Positions 1 through 14,950 of a DNA stretch of 64,000 nt are shown in pieces (the first letter of the stretch is position 1; the number at the start of each line of letters is the position of its first letter). The position numbers were made by a program, and so were the translations under genes. The stretch is from the human T2T-CHM13v2.0 reference genome, Homo sapiens. The notes beneath the pieces were generated by a model that was given only the letters and a program-made list of their open reading frames with translations, was not told the origin of the DNA and did not search any database. The stretch lies in NCBI RefSeq assembly GCF_009914755.1, contig NC_060933.1, one strand, 5' to 3'.

Positions 1-587
1 TAAATGTTATGTTTTAGACTATTTCAACCCTAAAATATGGACACAGGTTGGAATGAGGATCCAATTCAACATAATAGCCTCTAATGGAATGGGAAACATA
101 TAAAATCCTGTGTTGCTTTATGAAATGTTGCTTATTTGCTGCATGGTTTTAAAAAGTATCAGTTTTATTTAATAGTGGGATCTTTATGTCAGTGATTACT
201 GATGTTTCCAGCAAGCTAATTCATACCAGGGAGACAATGTAAACATTTAGAAAGGGGATTATATTTCTGTACTAACTGCATATGTCAGATGACAACGAGA
301 GTTTCAAAGTACAATCTTATGAAGGGTTGTATTGCAGATTTGGCCTAGAAGCCCAAAACCATTAAATTTTTATCAAAATTATACCTGAAAATTCTTCATG
401 TTGTTTATTAGCAGTCATTATCTTTACAAAGATATAGGAAATAAAGTGATTTCCATCTGTTGCAATCACTTGCCTTTTACAATAGACAAAATTGTTATTT
501 TCATTAGATTTTACAAAAGGAATGATATATAAATTTTTAAAAGGCATGTTTAGGTTCTTTCACCAGAGAAATTTAGATTATTCTTGC

Positions 588-2910
588 ATAAAATCAATAA
601 ACATAATCCAGCACATAAACAGATCCAAAGACAAAAACCACATGATTATCTCAATAGATGCAGAAAAGGCCTTTGACAAAATTCAACAACACTTCATGCT
701 AAAAACTCTCAATAAATTAGGTATTGATGGGACATATCTCATAATAATAAGAGGTATCTATGACAAACCCACAGCAAATATCATACTGAATGGACAAAAA
801 CTGGAAGCATTCCCTGTGAAAACTGGCACAAGACTGGGATGCCCTCTCTCACCACTCATATTCAACATAGTGTTGGAAGTTCTGGCCAGGGCAATCAGGC
901 AGGAGAAGGGAATAAAGGGTATTCAATTAGGAAAAGAGGAAGTCAAATTGTCCCTGTTTGCAGATGACATGATTGTATATCTAGAAAACCCCATTGTCTC
1001 AGCCCAAAATCTCCTTAAGCTGATAAGCAACTTCAGCAAAGTCTCAGGATACAAAATCAACGTACAAAAATCACAAGCATTCTTATACACCAATAACAGA
1101 CAAACAGAGAGCCAAATCATGAGGGAACTCCCATTCAAAATTGCTTCAAAGAGAATAAAATACCTAGGAATCCAACATACAAGGGAGGTGAAGGACCTCT
1201 TCAAGGAGAACTACAAACCATTGCTCAATGAAATAAAAGAGTATACAAACAAATGGAAGAACATTCCATGCTCATGGGTAGGAAGAATCAATATCGTGAA
1301 AATGGCCATACTGCCCAAGGTAATTTATAGATTCAATGCCATCGCCATCAAGATACCAATGACTTTCCTCACAGAAATGGAAAAAACCACTTTAAAGTTC
1401 ATATGGAACCAAAAAAGAGCCCGCATCACCAAGTCAATCCTAAGCCAAAAGAACAAAGCCGGAGGCATCACGCTACCTGACTTCAAACTATACTACAAGG
1501 CTACAGTAACCAAAACAGCATGGTACTGGTACCAAAACAGACATATAGATCAATGGAACAGAAGAGAGCCCTCAGAAAAAATGCCACATATCTACAACCA
1601 TCTGATCTTTGACAAAGCTGACAAAAACAAGCAATGGGGAAAGGATTCCCTATTTAATAAATGGTGCTGGGAAAACTGGCTAGCCATATGTAGAAAGCTG
1701 AAACTGGATCCCTTCCTTACACCTTATACAAAAATTAATTCAAGATGGATTAAAGACTTACATGTTAGACCTAAAACCATGAAAACCCTAGAAGAAAACC
1801 TAGGCAATACCATTCAGGACATAGGCATGGGCAAGGACTTCATGTCTAAAACACCAAAAGCAATGGCAACAAAAGCCAAAATTGAGAAATGGGATCTAAT
1901 TAAACTAAAGAGCTTCTGAACAGCAAAAGAAACTACCATCAGAATGAACAGGCAACCTATAGAATGGGAGAAAATTTTCACAATCTACTCATCTGACAAA
2001 GGGCTAATATCCAGAATCTACAAAGAACTCAAACAAAGTGACAAGAAAAAAACAACCCCATCAAAAAGTGGGTGAAGGATATGAACAGACACTTCTCAAA
2101 AGAAGACATTTATGCAGCCAAAAAACCCATGAAAAAATGCTCATCATCACTGGCCATCAGAGAAATGCAAATCAAAACCACAATGAGATACCATCTCACA
2201 CCAGTTAGAATGATGATCGTTAAAAAGTCAGGAAACAACAGGTGCTGGAGAGGATGTGGAGAAATAGGAACACTTTTACACTGTTGGTGGGACTGTAAAC
2301 TAGCTCAACCATTGTGGAAGTCAGTGTGGCAATTCCTCAGGGATCTAGAACTAGAAATACCATTTGACCCAGCCATCCCATTACTGGGTATATACCCAAA
2401 GGATTATAAATCATGCTGCTATAAAGACACATACACACGTATGTTTATTGTGGCACTATTCACAATAGCAAAGACTTGGAACCAACCCAAATGTCCAACA
2501 ATGATAGAGTGGATTAAGAAAATGTGGCACATATACACCATGGAATACTATGCAGCCATAAAAAATGATGAGTTCATGTCCTTTGTAGGGACATGGATGA
2601 AGCTGGAAACCATCATTCTTAGCAAACTATCACAAGGACAAGAAACCAAACACTGCATGTTCTCACTCATAGGTGGGAATTGAACAATAACACATGGACA
2701 CAGGAAGGGGAACATCACACACCAGGGACGGTTGTGGAGTGGGGGGAGTGGGGAGGGATAGCATTAGGAGATATACCTAATGGTAAATGACGAGTTAATG
2801 GGTGCAGCACACCAACATGGCACATGTATACATATGTAACAAACCTGCACGTTGTGCACATGTACCCTAAAACTTAAAGTATAATAGTAATAAATAAAAT
2901 AAAACAAAAG
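588..2910 (+). mobile_element. 5'-truncated LINE-1 (L1PA3-L1PA5-like): 3' part of ORF2, 3' UTR and A-rich tail
   Basis: ORF 492-1919 has L1 RT motifs ([28 protein letters not shown]); ORF 2072-2683 has the Cys-rich C-terminus ending LIGGN*. Premature TGA at 1917-1919 and a frameshift near 2050. Typical 3' UTR with G-rich tract and 'aaacttaaagtataat' end. Confidence 0.97.
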
Positions 2911-4867
2911 AACTAGTTTGTTGAGTTCATTTAGGAACTAAGTTGTAAGAAATATTGCACCAGACAATTTGTTTTCTGAGATGAAGCTCAAGTAACTATG
3001 AGCACAGTATCAGGAATGACATTCATTTGTTCCCAGCTGTCTCTAGGCATTTTGCACTCTTGAAAAATACTAAGTTCCCTGGACCTGAAGAGATTCATGA
3101 ATCAGTAAGAATGTGAGCCCCTTGAGTGTTCAATATCCCTTCAAACCTTAGAAACTGTAAGTCAATGACGGTGATTATCATATCACAAGAGTATAGTTAG
3201 CTTCTTTTAAAAGACATAAAAGACCCCTCTGAGTTAGCCCTAGACACATATTACTCCAACTGCCTGAAGAAATGTTTAGCTATCCATACAGAATTACTCT
3301 CAATTAGATTTAGAGAAAACATTCTCTCTTTGAAGAACACTAGAATTGAGGAAAATATGGTAGAGCATATAGGTTATTTTGCCTTTGTTACTTTGTAGAC
3401 CTTAAATCATGGAGTGAGTTAGAACACAGTATATTTGTGACAACCATGACAGTTCAGAGAAATGCAGTGAGGTCATTTACTCTGAAACTGAAAGACACTA
3501 ATCTCTGCTCTGAGACCCACAAAGTCAGATTATCTGTTTTACCTGTGTGATTTCTATTCCTCTCATTTTGTTGTTCTTTTTATAAAACATCTTTGCTAAA
3601 TAATAAAGTTATTACTCTAAGGTAGTGTCCAGGTCTCTTTGATAATAATGAAATGTCCATGGCCAAATCCCATTGCTTTGTTTTGACAGTGTGCTCCAAG
3701 AAAATTACTTTGATATGCCCTCTCATATTAGAATAAACACATTCTACATACCTATTGCCTACATCAAGTTTTGAATTATACCATTTTCAGGTTTAACCTG
3801 GTCATACAGCAGATTTTCTTAATGGTTGGTGAACACGGAATAATAGTTTAATCATTCAGATAAACTATTTTGCAGAAACATTTAAAATCAGAAATTGCAG
3901 AACTACTATCTGAACTTTAAAGGGACACTCTTAACCATATTTTGTTTTATTTAGTACTCACGCTGACAAGTTGATTTACCACCTCATTTTCCCAACAAGT
4001 GTCAAGATTTCAATATGCAGTTAATGGTTTCTAAAAACAGTGACTATTTAATTACATCCTTATAGTTTCCCCAAATTGCTTATAGTTTGCCCTCATTTAG
4101 TTAGGTCTATAATATTTCTCAATTAGTGTAAAAATTTCTACTCCTTTTTAATCATTGATGCATATAATGATGTATAAAAATTATTATGTAGATAGCCCCT
4201 CCATGAAAACTTAAAATCAAAAGCTTTTAGCATCAAAGTATCAGAATACAAACTAAAGAAAACACACCAATTCAGAAAGATTTTCTTTAAATATATTAAA
4301 GTGAATAAAATGTTCACAGAGAATCACTCACATCTAAGGATATAGACTTTTTCCTAAAGTGAAACTATTTTTGGCTCACTCAGACTCTGAGTAGTGTTTC
4401 ACTGATTTTGAATTTCACTGGTCAGAACCAGTGTTGGTAGTAAGAATTATTGTCCCAGAAGAGAATGGAAATGCTTGCCAACTCTACTTTCAACCCTTGC
4501 TGGAATCCCTATGTTGTGGGTAGAGATATGACTAAATTAAGCAGTTTTAAGTCTAAGCCAGAAAGATTTAATTATTGATTTATTGGTTTTACAATTGTTA
4601 AATATTGCCTTTAACCGAGTATATGTTTTATCATGTAATAATCACTTTGGCAGCCTCAAATGTCATGGGTTCACAGGGTAAATGTTAAGGTAATAGCTAA
4701 ACAATTGAGCGTATAGGAGATCTATAGTAAGTGAAAAAAATTCAAGATGTAATACAGAGTCCAGTATGACAGACTTGAGAAACTTTCAAAAACTAGGAAA
4801 AGAAAACCAAAAGTCATTCTTGCAGTGTCTCTGATTGCACTGACTTGATGCAGAATTGGTGCATTAA

Positions 4868-5111
4868 CATATGTATACATTACATATGTATGCATGTGCC
4901 ATGCTGGTGTGCTGCACCCATTAACTCGACATTTAGCCTTAGGCATATCTCCTAATGCTATCCCTCCCCGCTCTCCCCACCCCACAACAGCCCCCAGAGT
5001 GTGATGTTCCCCTTCCTGTGTTCATGTGTTCTCATTGTTCAATTCCCACCTATAAGTGAGAACATGCGGTGTTTGGTTTTTTGTCCTTGCGATAGTTGAC
5101 TGAGAATGATG
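4868..5111 (-). mobile_element. Short L1PA fragment (end of ORF2 plus 3' UTR), no poly(A) tail
   Basis: Reverse complement of the L1 3' UTR seen at ~2610-2836 (gtgctgcacccattaactcg...cctaatgctatccctcccc...ctcattgttcaattcccacc). Confidence 0.93.
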
Positions 5112-5696
5112 AATTAAAATAAAAATGCATGCACTTTCAAATGTACTTAGTGCAACATATTGAACTTACATTCCAGTTTTCCTGGAATTACTTGTGTCTT
5201 GAGCTAAAGGCTGTATTTGGTATAACAGGGAAGGAAAGAAATTATTTTTCCTATAAAATTAGTTTAAAAACACATATAATTAAACAAAATAAAAATATTA
5301 TCCCATCTTTTAAAGAACATTTACTAAGTCACAGATATTACCCGAAGTTTAGAAAATCACCTAAGAACAATTGTTTAAAAATTATTTAGGGAAAATGAAG
5401 CAAAATTGTTTTTACAATCTGAGATTTTAACAGCCAGTGCACTCCTGTTCTTCAGCTGAATGTCCCCTTCATTCTGAATGTCTGCAGTAGAATTGAATTG
5501 GGGAGCAGTTAGGTTCCAGGAACATATTCACTCCTGTTTTGTTCTCTCCCCAATCTCAGCCTTTCGGTGACTGTTTGGGCAAAGCCTCCCTTGTGGTAGA
5601 AGATGCCTCACTTCTGGGGAGAGGAGACTCCTCATCTTGCAGACAAGAAGCAGCACCCACTGGTTCCTGCTCCAAAAGCCATTAACATTATAAACT

Positions 5697-5981
5697 GGCC
5701 AGGTGCGGTGGCTCAAACCTGTAATCCCAGCACCACTTGGGAGGTTGAGGCAGAAGGATTGCTTGAGCCCAGGAGTTTGAGAACAGCCTTGGCAACAAAG
5801 TGAGACCCAATCTCTACAAAAACTAGAGAAAAAATAGCTGGGTGTGGTGGCACTCACCTATACTAAGGAGGCTGGGCTGGGAGGATCTCTTGAGCCCAGG
5901 TGGTTGAGGCTTCAGTGAGCCAAGATCATGCCTCTGCACTTGAGCTTGGGTGACAGAGTAAGATCCTATCTCAAAAAATAA
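5697..5981 (+). mobile_element. Alu (AluJ-like)
   Basis: Dimeric Alu with 'gcttgagcccagg' AluJ-type diagnostics; TSD attataaact on both sides. Confidence 0.93.
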
Positions 5982-7915
5982 ATTATAAACTGATTCACAA
6001 TAACTTTGGTTTTGTCACTAATATGCTGAATATTTTCGTTACAACTAATATACAAAATGCAAACTGGCTATCATTACCATTCTGATAATGGAATTAGCTG
6101 TCCTACATACCTGATGACCTAATGCTTAACCTAATCTTCCTCTTTCCCACTTTGATTTGGAAACTTGTTACAATAGAGTTCTTTACCTCAAAGTCTTAAG
6201 GAATTCAAGACAAGACTAGAGTATGTTAAGATACCACAAAAAAAAAAAATATATATATATATAGCAAGAGCTTTCTTGAGTAAGCAAATTTTATACATAT
6301 AAAAATAATTTACATGCAAATGACCAAGAGGAAAGGTTAAGTGACTCTGGTGTAAATAATTAGTTTATTGATTCTGCCAGAGCATATTAAGAAAAATTCA
6401 CTTTGGAAAAATAATATGGATTTAAAGAAGTAACAAGTGGGTTTCTCTAAAGCACAGTTTGGCTTTTTACTAGAATATCAAGTCACCTTTTTGGGTGAGG
6501 AGAGTACAATGGGAGTGGGCAGCTGGTGCAAATAAACATTTACAATTACTTAAAACTTCAACAAATGGGATCTGTATTTAAATCTGTTTTGGTCTGTCTT
6601 CCCTTTGTTTTTTCTAATCCATTCCAACAATGCAAACCTCAGCCACTGTCAAGGGCAATCTCAGACTGGAGGTTGCTGCCTAGGGTGAGGTTCTAGCAAG
6701 ACTGACAAGCAGAGCTCAGGGAATAGTCTGCATGGGAAAACAGAGCCAGACTTAGAAGGCATTGCTGATGAATTCCATTTTCTTACTACAGAAGAGCTAG
6801 CAAAAACTGCAATATGATGTGTAAAGTCAGTGTAATCTTATGGACATTATACCAAGTCACAACATGAGGCATGAGATACCTCAGATGTTGTTCCCTCTAA
6901 ATCTCATGTTGAATTGTGATATCCCCAATGTTGGTGGTAGGTCTGGAGGGAGGTGATTGGATCATGGGGGTGGATTTCTCAGAAATGGTCTAGCATCCTG
7001 TCCCTGGTGCTGTCTTTGTGATAGTGAGTGAATTCTTGCAAGATCTATTTGTTTAAAAGTGTGTGGTGCTTCCCCTGCCTTGCCAGGTGATGTGCCTGCC
7101 TGCTCCTTCTTCATCTTCTGCCGTGAATAAAGCCTGCTGAGGCCTCACCAGGAGCTAGGCAGATGCCAGAATCATGTTTGTACAGCCTGCAGCTATACAA
7201 ACCTCTTTTCAAACCTCTTTTCTTTATAAATTACCCAGTCTCAGGTATTTCTTTATAGCAATGTAAGAATGACCTAATACAGAAAATTGGTACTGAGACA
7301 TGGGGCATTGCTATAAAGATACTTGAAAATGTGGAAGTGATTTTGGAACTAGGTAATGGGCAGGAGTTGGAAGAGTTTGGAGGGCTCCTAATACAGGAAG
7401 ATGAAGGAAAGTTCTGAATTTCTTAGAGACTAGTTAAATGGTTGTGACCAAAATGCTGATAGTGATATGGACGGTGAAGGATAGGCTGATGCGGTCTCAG
7501 ATGAAAATGAGGAACTTACTGGGACTTGGAATAAAGGTCATGCCTGTTATGCCTTTGCAAAGAACTTGGCTGCAGTCTGTTCATGTACTAGGGATCTGAG
7601 GAAGTTTGAACACTCAGATGCAGGAGCAAAAAAATGACTTAAAGTTGGAATTTACAATTAAATGGGAAGCAGACCATACAAGTATAGAAAATTTGCAGCC
7701 TGCCCATTTGGCAAAGGAAGATAAAGCATTTTCAGGGGAAGAATCTAAACAGGCTGTGGAGCAACCACTTATTAGAGACATTTGCATAACTGAAAAAGAG
7801 CTAGGTGCTGATAGCCAAGACAATTAAAAAAAGGCCTTGAAGGCATTTCAGAAATCTTTGCAGCAGCTCATCCCAGCACAGACCTAGAGGTCTAGGATGA
7901 AAGAATGGTTTCTTG

Positions 7916-8750
7916 TGTAGTGGGATTTTAAAAATTAATTAATTAATTAATTTATTTATTTATTTATTTTGAGACAGAGCCTCACTCTGTCTCCCAGGCT
8001 GGAGTGCAGTGGCACAATCTCAGCTCACTGCAAGCTCTGCATTCCGGGACATGCCATTCTCCTGTCTCAGCCTCCCAAGTAGTTGGGACTACAGGTGACT
8101 GCCACCATGCCTGGCTAATTTTTTGTATTTTTAGTAGAGACGGGTTTTCACTGTCTTAGCCATGATAGTCTCAATCTCCTGACCTCGTGATCTGCCCTCC
8201 TCAGCCTCCCAAAGTGCTGGGATTACAGGCGTGAGCCACCGTGCCCAGGCTGTAGCGGGATTTTTTAAGGAATCAGAGAGACTGATGGGGTTGAGGAGGA
8301 TATTTATTATTTAGGTGCACCGGCCCAGTCAGATTAACAACCAAAGGACTGAGTCCTGAACAAAGACTTAAGTTAACTTTTAAGCATTTTGTGGGGTGGT
8401 GGGGAGTGGGGAGATCTGTGCAGGGGGAAGCATATTACAGAAGTGAGAAACAAAGACAGTTATTCAATTAATTGAGACATGCATTATATCATTTCTTACT
8501 TTTCAAGGAAAAACATGTTTTACGACTTGAGTTTATCTGTCTAGTGACCTTGCAGCTGCACAGCTAGGGAAACAGGGTCTTCACAATGCCTGGGAAAGGA
8601 GGAGAGATGAAGCTCACTAGCCACAGAAAAACAGGCAGTTAATTTTTAAAGGGCTCCAGCTCTTTCTCTTTCTCAGGGGGAACTGGGTTTTCTCACATAC
8701 AACTGAGTTTCTGCTTACACATTCTTTAATTTCTTTTAATTCCTGTTCCA
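7916..8750 (-). mobile_element. Solo ERV1-class LTR (LTR15-like) nested in the MSTA internal region
   Basis: TG...CA bounded, ~500 bp once the Alu is removed; 4-bp TSD CTTG at 7912-7915 and 8751-8754; MaLR internal sequence resumes on both sides. Family name from recall. Confidence 0.75.
7930..8250 (-). mobile_element. Alu (AluY-like) inserted at the end of the nested LTR
   Basis: Reverse Alu with 'cactgcaagctc' and 'gccattctcctg' diagnostics; TSD tgtag(t/c)gggatttt at 7916-7929 and 8251-8264. Confidence 0.92.
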
Positions 8751-10282
8751 CTTGGACCAGGGCCAGGGCATCACTGTCCTGTACCACCCCCAGGAGGGTG
8801 TTCCTTGCATCCTGGCCCTTCTAGCTCCAGCCTTGGTTCAAAGGGCTGCAGATAGAGCTCAGGTCATGGCTTCAGAGGGTGCAAACTATAAGCCTTGGTG
8901 GCTTCCATGTGGTGTTAAGCCTGCAGGTGAGCAAAGTGCAAGAGTGAAGGAGGCTTGGCATTCTCTGCCTAAATTTCAGAGGATGTATGAGAAAGGCTGG
9001 ATGCCCAGGGAGAAGACTATGCACCACTGGAGCTCTCAAAGAGGACCTCTTCTAGCACAGTGCCAAGTAGAAATGTGGGGTTGGAGGCCCCACTCGGGGT
9101 CCTGACTGGGGGGGCTGCCTAGTGGAGCTGTGGGAGGGGGGCTGCTGCCCTCCAGATCCCAGAATGATAGAGCCACCAGCAGCTCATGCCTTCAGTGTAG
9201 AAGAGCCGTGGGAGCAGAGCAGCCCCAGGCCTTGGGAGCCCACCCTATGCATCGTGGGAATGCTCTATGTTCCCAGGATGTGGGACATGGTTTCAAAGCA
9301 GATTATTTTGGAACATCGAGTTTTAATGACTGCCCTGCTGGGATTTGAACTTGTGTGGGGCCTGTAGCCCCTTTCTTTTGGCCAATTTCTCTCTTTTGTA
9401 ATGGGAATGTTTACCCAATGCCTGTACCCCAATTTTCTTAGAAGTAAATAACTTGTTTTGATTTTACAGGCGCATCAGTGGAAGGGACTTGCCTTGTCTC
9501 AGAAGAAGCTGCACTTTCGAGTGATGCCGAAACAGGTTGAGACTTTTGGGGGACTATTGAGAAGGGATGATTGTATTTTGCAATGTGAGAAGAACATGAG
9601 ATTTGAAGGGCCAGGGATGGAATGAAATAGTTTGGATGTTGTACCCTTTAAGTCTCATGTCGAATTGTAATTCCCAGTGTTGGAGTCGGGGTCTGGTGGG
9701 AGGTGATGGGGTCATGAGAGCTGATTTCTCATGTTTAACACCATCCTCTTGGCACTGTCCTTGCAAGAGTGAGTGAGTTCTCATTACATCTGGCTGTTTA
9801 AAAGTGTGTGGCACCTCTCCCTGCTTGCTCCTGCTCTGGCCATGTGACATACCTTCTTTTGCTTCACCTTCTGCCATGTGTAAAAGCTCCCTGAGGACCC
9901 TTCTTGAAGCCAAGCAACTGCCAATGCAAAGCTTCCTGTACAGCCTGCAGAACTGTGAGCCAAGTCAATCTTTTTTTTCAGTATAAATTATGTAGTGCTT
10001 AGGTATTCCTTTATAGTAATGCCAGAATGCCATAATACAAGGCATAATGGTTTGCATTTTAAAAATGAAAATTAAATTTTTGTAATTTATCATGAAAAGA
10101 TGAAATGAGTTAATAATGAGCAATATCTACATGTTGTCTTAGAGGTGCTGACAATCTGTCAACGAATTACATGCATTGATCAAGCAGTTTACCTTCAAGT
10201 TGAATAACAAGATATTCCTATCTAACATAACAAAATTTTGACATTATTTGGGAGACTGGAAATAATGCTAAATAATATCAGA

Positions 10283-11050
10283 TTGTCAAAGTCAAATAAA
10301 TATAGAGACAAACATCTGAAATTAAAATGTTTTATTTGAGATACAAGTATTACAATTTCACACATACATGCAGAATGGGTGTCTTTAGTATGTCCAAAAC
10401 ATAAAGAGAAAGTTAGAGGTTTTATAAAAAAGGGAGACAGAGAGAAAAACGGTATGTATTTCTCTTTGAGAAAGTTCACTGACACCAGTAAGGTTTTTGA
10501 GAGCTGGCAGGCTCTGATAGGTGAGGGACAGTGGTGGGTAAAGCTAGTCTTAGTGTTCAAGAGGTTGTTTCAGTAACCATTTGATAAAACTGGTTTCAGC
10601 TTAAAGCAGGTAATTTCAGCAGCCAGGCATGCAGAGAATTACGCTTTTGGAGTGGTGTTTTTGCCCTGAATGCCTCCTCCCCCTGGCTCGTTGATGGTTT
10701 TATTTGGTGTGATAAGAATGACCCAATTCATATGATCAATTTTTACATTTAACCCTTTCCATCAAGATCTTTCTCTTAAAGCATCAACCATGTTTATAGT
10801 TGTACAATGACTACAAGTTAGGTTTAATCATCCCTTAGTGCTAGGATGGACCTGTCCCAGTTGCTCCGTCCCACATCTGGGAAAGGTATGGAGGTCTACA
10901 TCAGGTCTATGTCAAGATTTATGGCTTAAAATGTCTATCCAAGGAAAAAATAAAACTGACCAGTAATCCCAGGAGAGAAACATACCTTGGCAAATTCGAA
11001 GATATTTCTAATTTTATTTAACAATTTTAAAATTAATTAATGTATCAAAG
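10283..11050 (-). mobile_element. Degenerate ERV1/MER4-group LTR with adjacent internal remnant
   Basis: Starts 'tgtcaaag', has a minus-strand AATAAA and LTR-like composition; family not determined. Confidence 0.45.
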
Positions 11051-11149
11051 ATTCACCTAACTCATGTCAAATAAAATATGTTTGCACTAATTAATATATA
11101 TTTTATATGAACATTCCTTTATTTAAACCATCCTTTTTTCCTAGAATGA

Positions 11150-13500
<2,351 letters not shown>

Positions 13501-14073
13501 TGAAGGTAGGCAGTGAAGCAAATGCTTGCATTCTTGTGTGGCTCTGATTAGCATCAGGATATCTACATTTTACATAGGAAAGGAGGGAGCAGAGGAAACA
13601 GTTATGCGTTCATCTCACATTCAGTAAATCTCCATTTTACATAAGATAAAGTAAGCATGTGAATAGAGGGAGTGGAGTAGAGGAAAACTCAATGATTCAT
13701 TCATCTCAGGATAGGCAGAGGGATGATTTCTGGTCCTGACCTTGTCCCAGAACTATGAAAATAAGCTGGTAATTGAGATTGTCAGGGTGAAATTGAGCCG
13801 ACTCACTTTTAGGGATAGTTTAAGGTGGGATGTGCATTCTGAAAGATTTAGGGGTTCACAGCAAATTGTGAGGGAGGACATCTGAGGAGACATGCGGCCT
13901 TCTGTCACTGTGTGAACCTGGCTTATGGATGAGGCTATGACACAGGGTTGTGAAGTTATAGCTATGTGTTTGAGAACAAGGAAGGCAGTATTGCGTAACT
14001 CAGTTCCCAAGCTTAATTTTCCCTTTGACACAGTGAGCTTGGGGTTGGGGTCTCTATTCTCTTTTCTCTCACA
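13501..14073 (-). mobile_element. MER4-group LTR fragment (MER41/MER57-like)
   Basis: Ends 'aactcagttcccaagcttaattttccctttg...ttttctctcaca', the reverse of a MER41/57-type LTR start. Confidence 0.6.
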
Positions 14074-14266
14074 AAATCATATGGGAACATTCCAGAAAAT
14101 GTGAGGTTCTGTGCTCACTATTAAATAAAAATGACCAGGAGAGCCATGGGTAAGCTCCCTCCTCAGTCATCAGGACCCCAACAGAGAGTTTTCCCCTGTG
14201 TGGACAGGGTCCTGAATTCTGCAGGATCCCGTGGGGACACAAGTGTCAGGATAGAGGCACTCATTC

Positions 14267-14534
14267 AGCCAGGTACAGTGTCTCACGCCTGTAATGTCAG
14301 CTACACTGGAGGCTGAGGTCACCTTGAGGCCAGGATTTCAAGACCAGCCTGGGCAACATAGCAAGATCCCATAACTAAGAATAAAATTAGCCGGGTGTGG
14401 TGGCATGCACCTGTAATCCTAGTTAATTGGGAGGGAGGCTGAGGTAAGAGGATTGCTTGAGCCTAGGCGTTGGAGGCTACAACGAGCTAGGATTACACCA
14501 CTGCACTCCAGTCTCGGCAACAGTAAGACTCCAT
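14267..14534 (+). mobile_element. Alu (AluJ-like)
   Basis: Diverged dimeric Alu. Confidence 0.88.
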
Positions 14535-14645
14535 ATGTGACAACAACCAACCTATTCTGTGTTTTGAGCGTAAATTACCATAGCCTTTGTAACAGAAATG
14601 AGGCAGCAACTCTTATCATTCAAAATGCATAAGAAATTTGGCTAA

Positions 14646-14950
<305 letters not shown>

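Larger units (their letters stand above)
6872..10039 (+). mobile_element. Full-length MaLR element (MSTA-like): LTR 6872-7281, internal region, LTR 9623-10039
   Basis: Two related TG...TAATACA LTRs flank a MaLR internal sequence; 5-bp TSD AGGCA at 6867-6871 and 10040-10044. Confidence 0.9.

Noticed and set aside
588-2910. Active LINE-1
   Set aside because: No 5' UTR, ORF1 or endonuclease domain; ORF2 has a stop and a frameshift.
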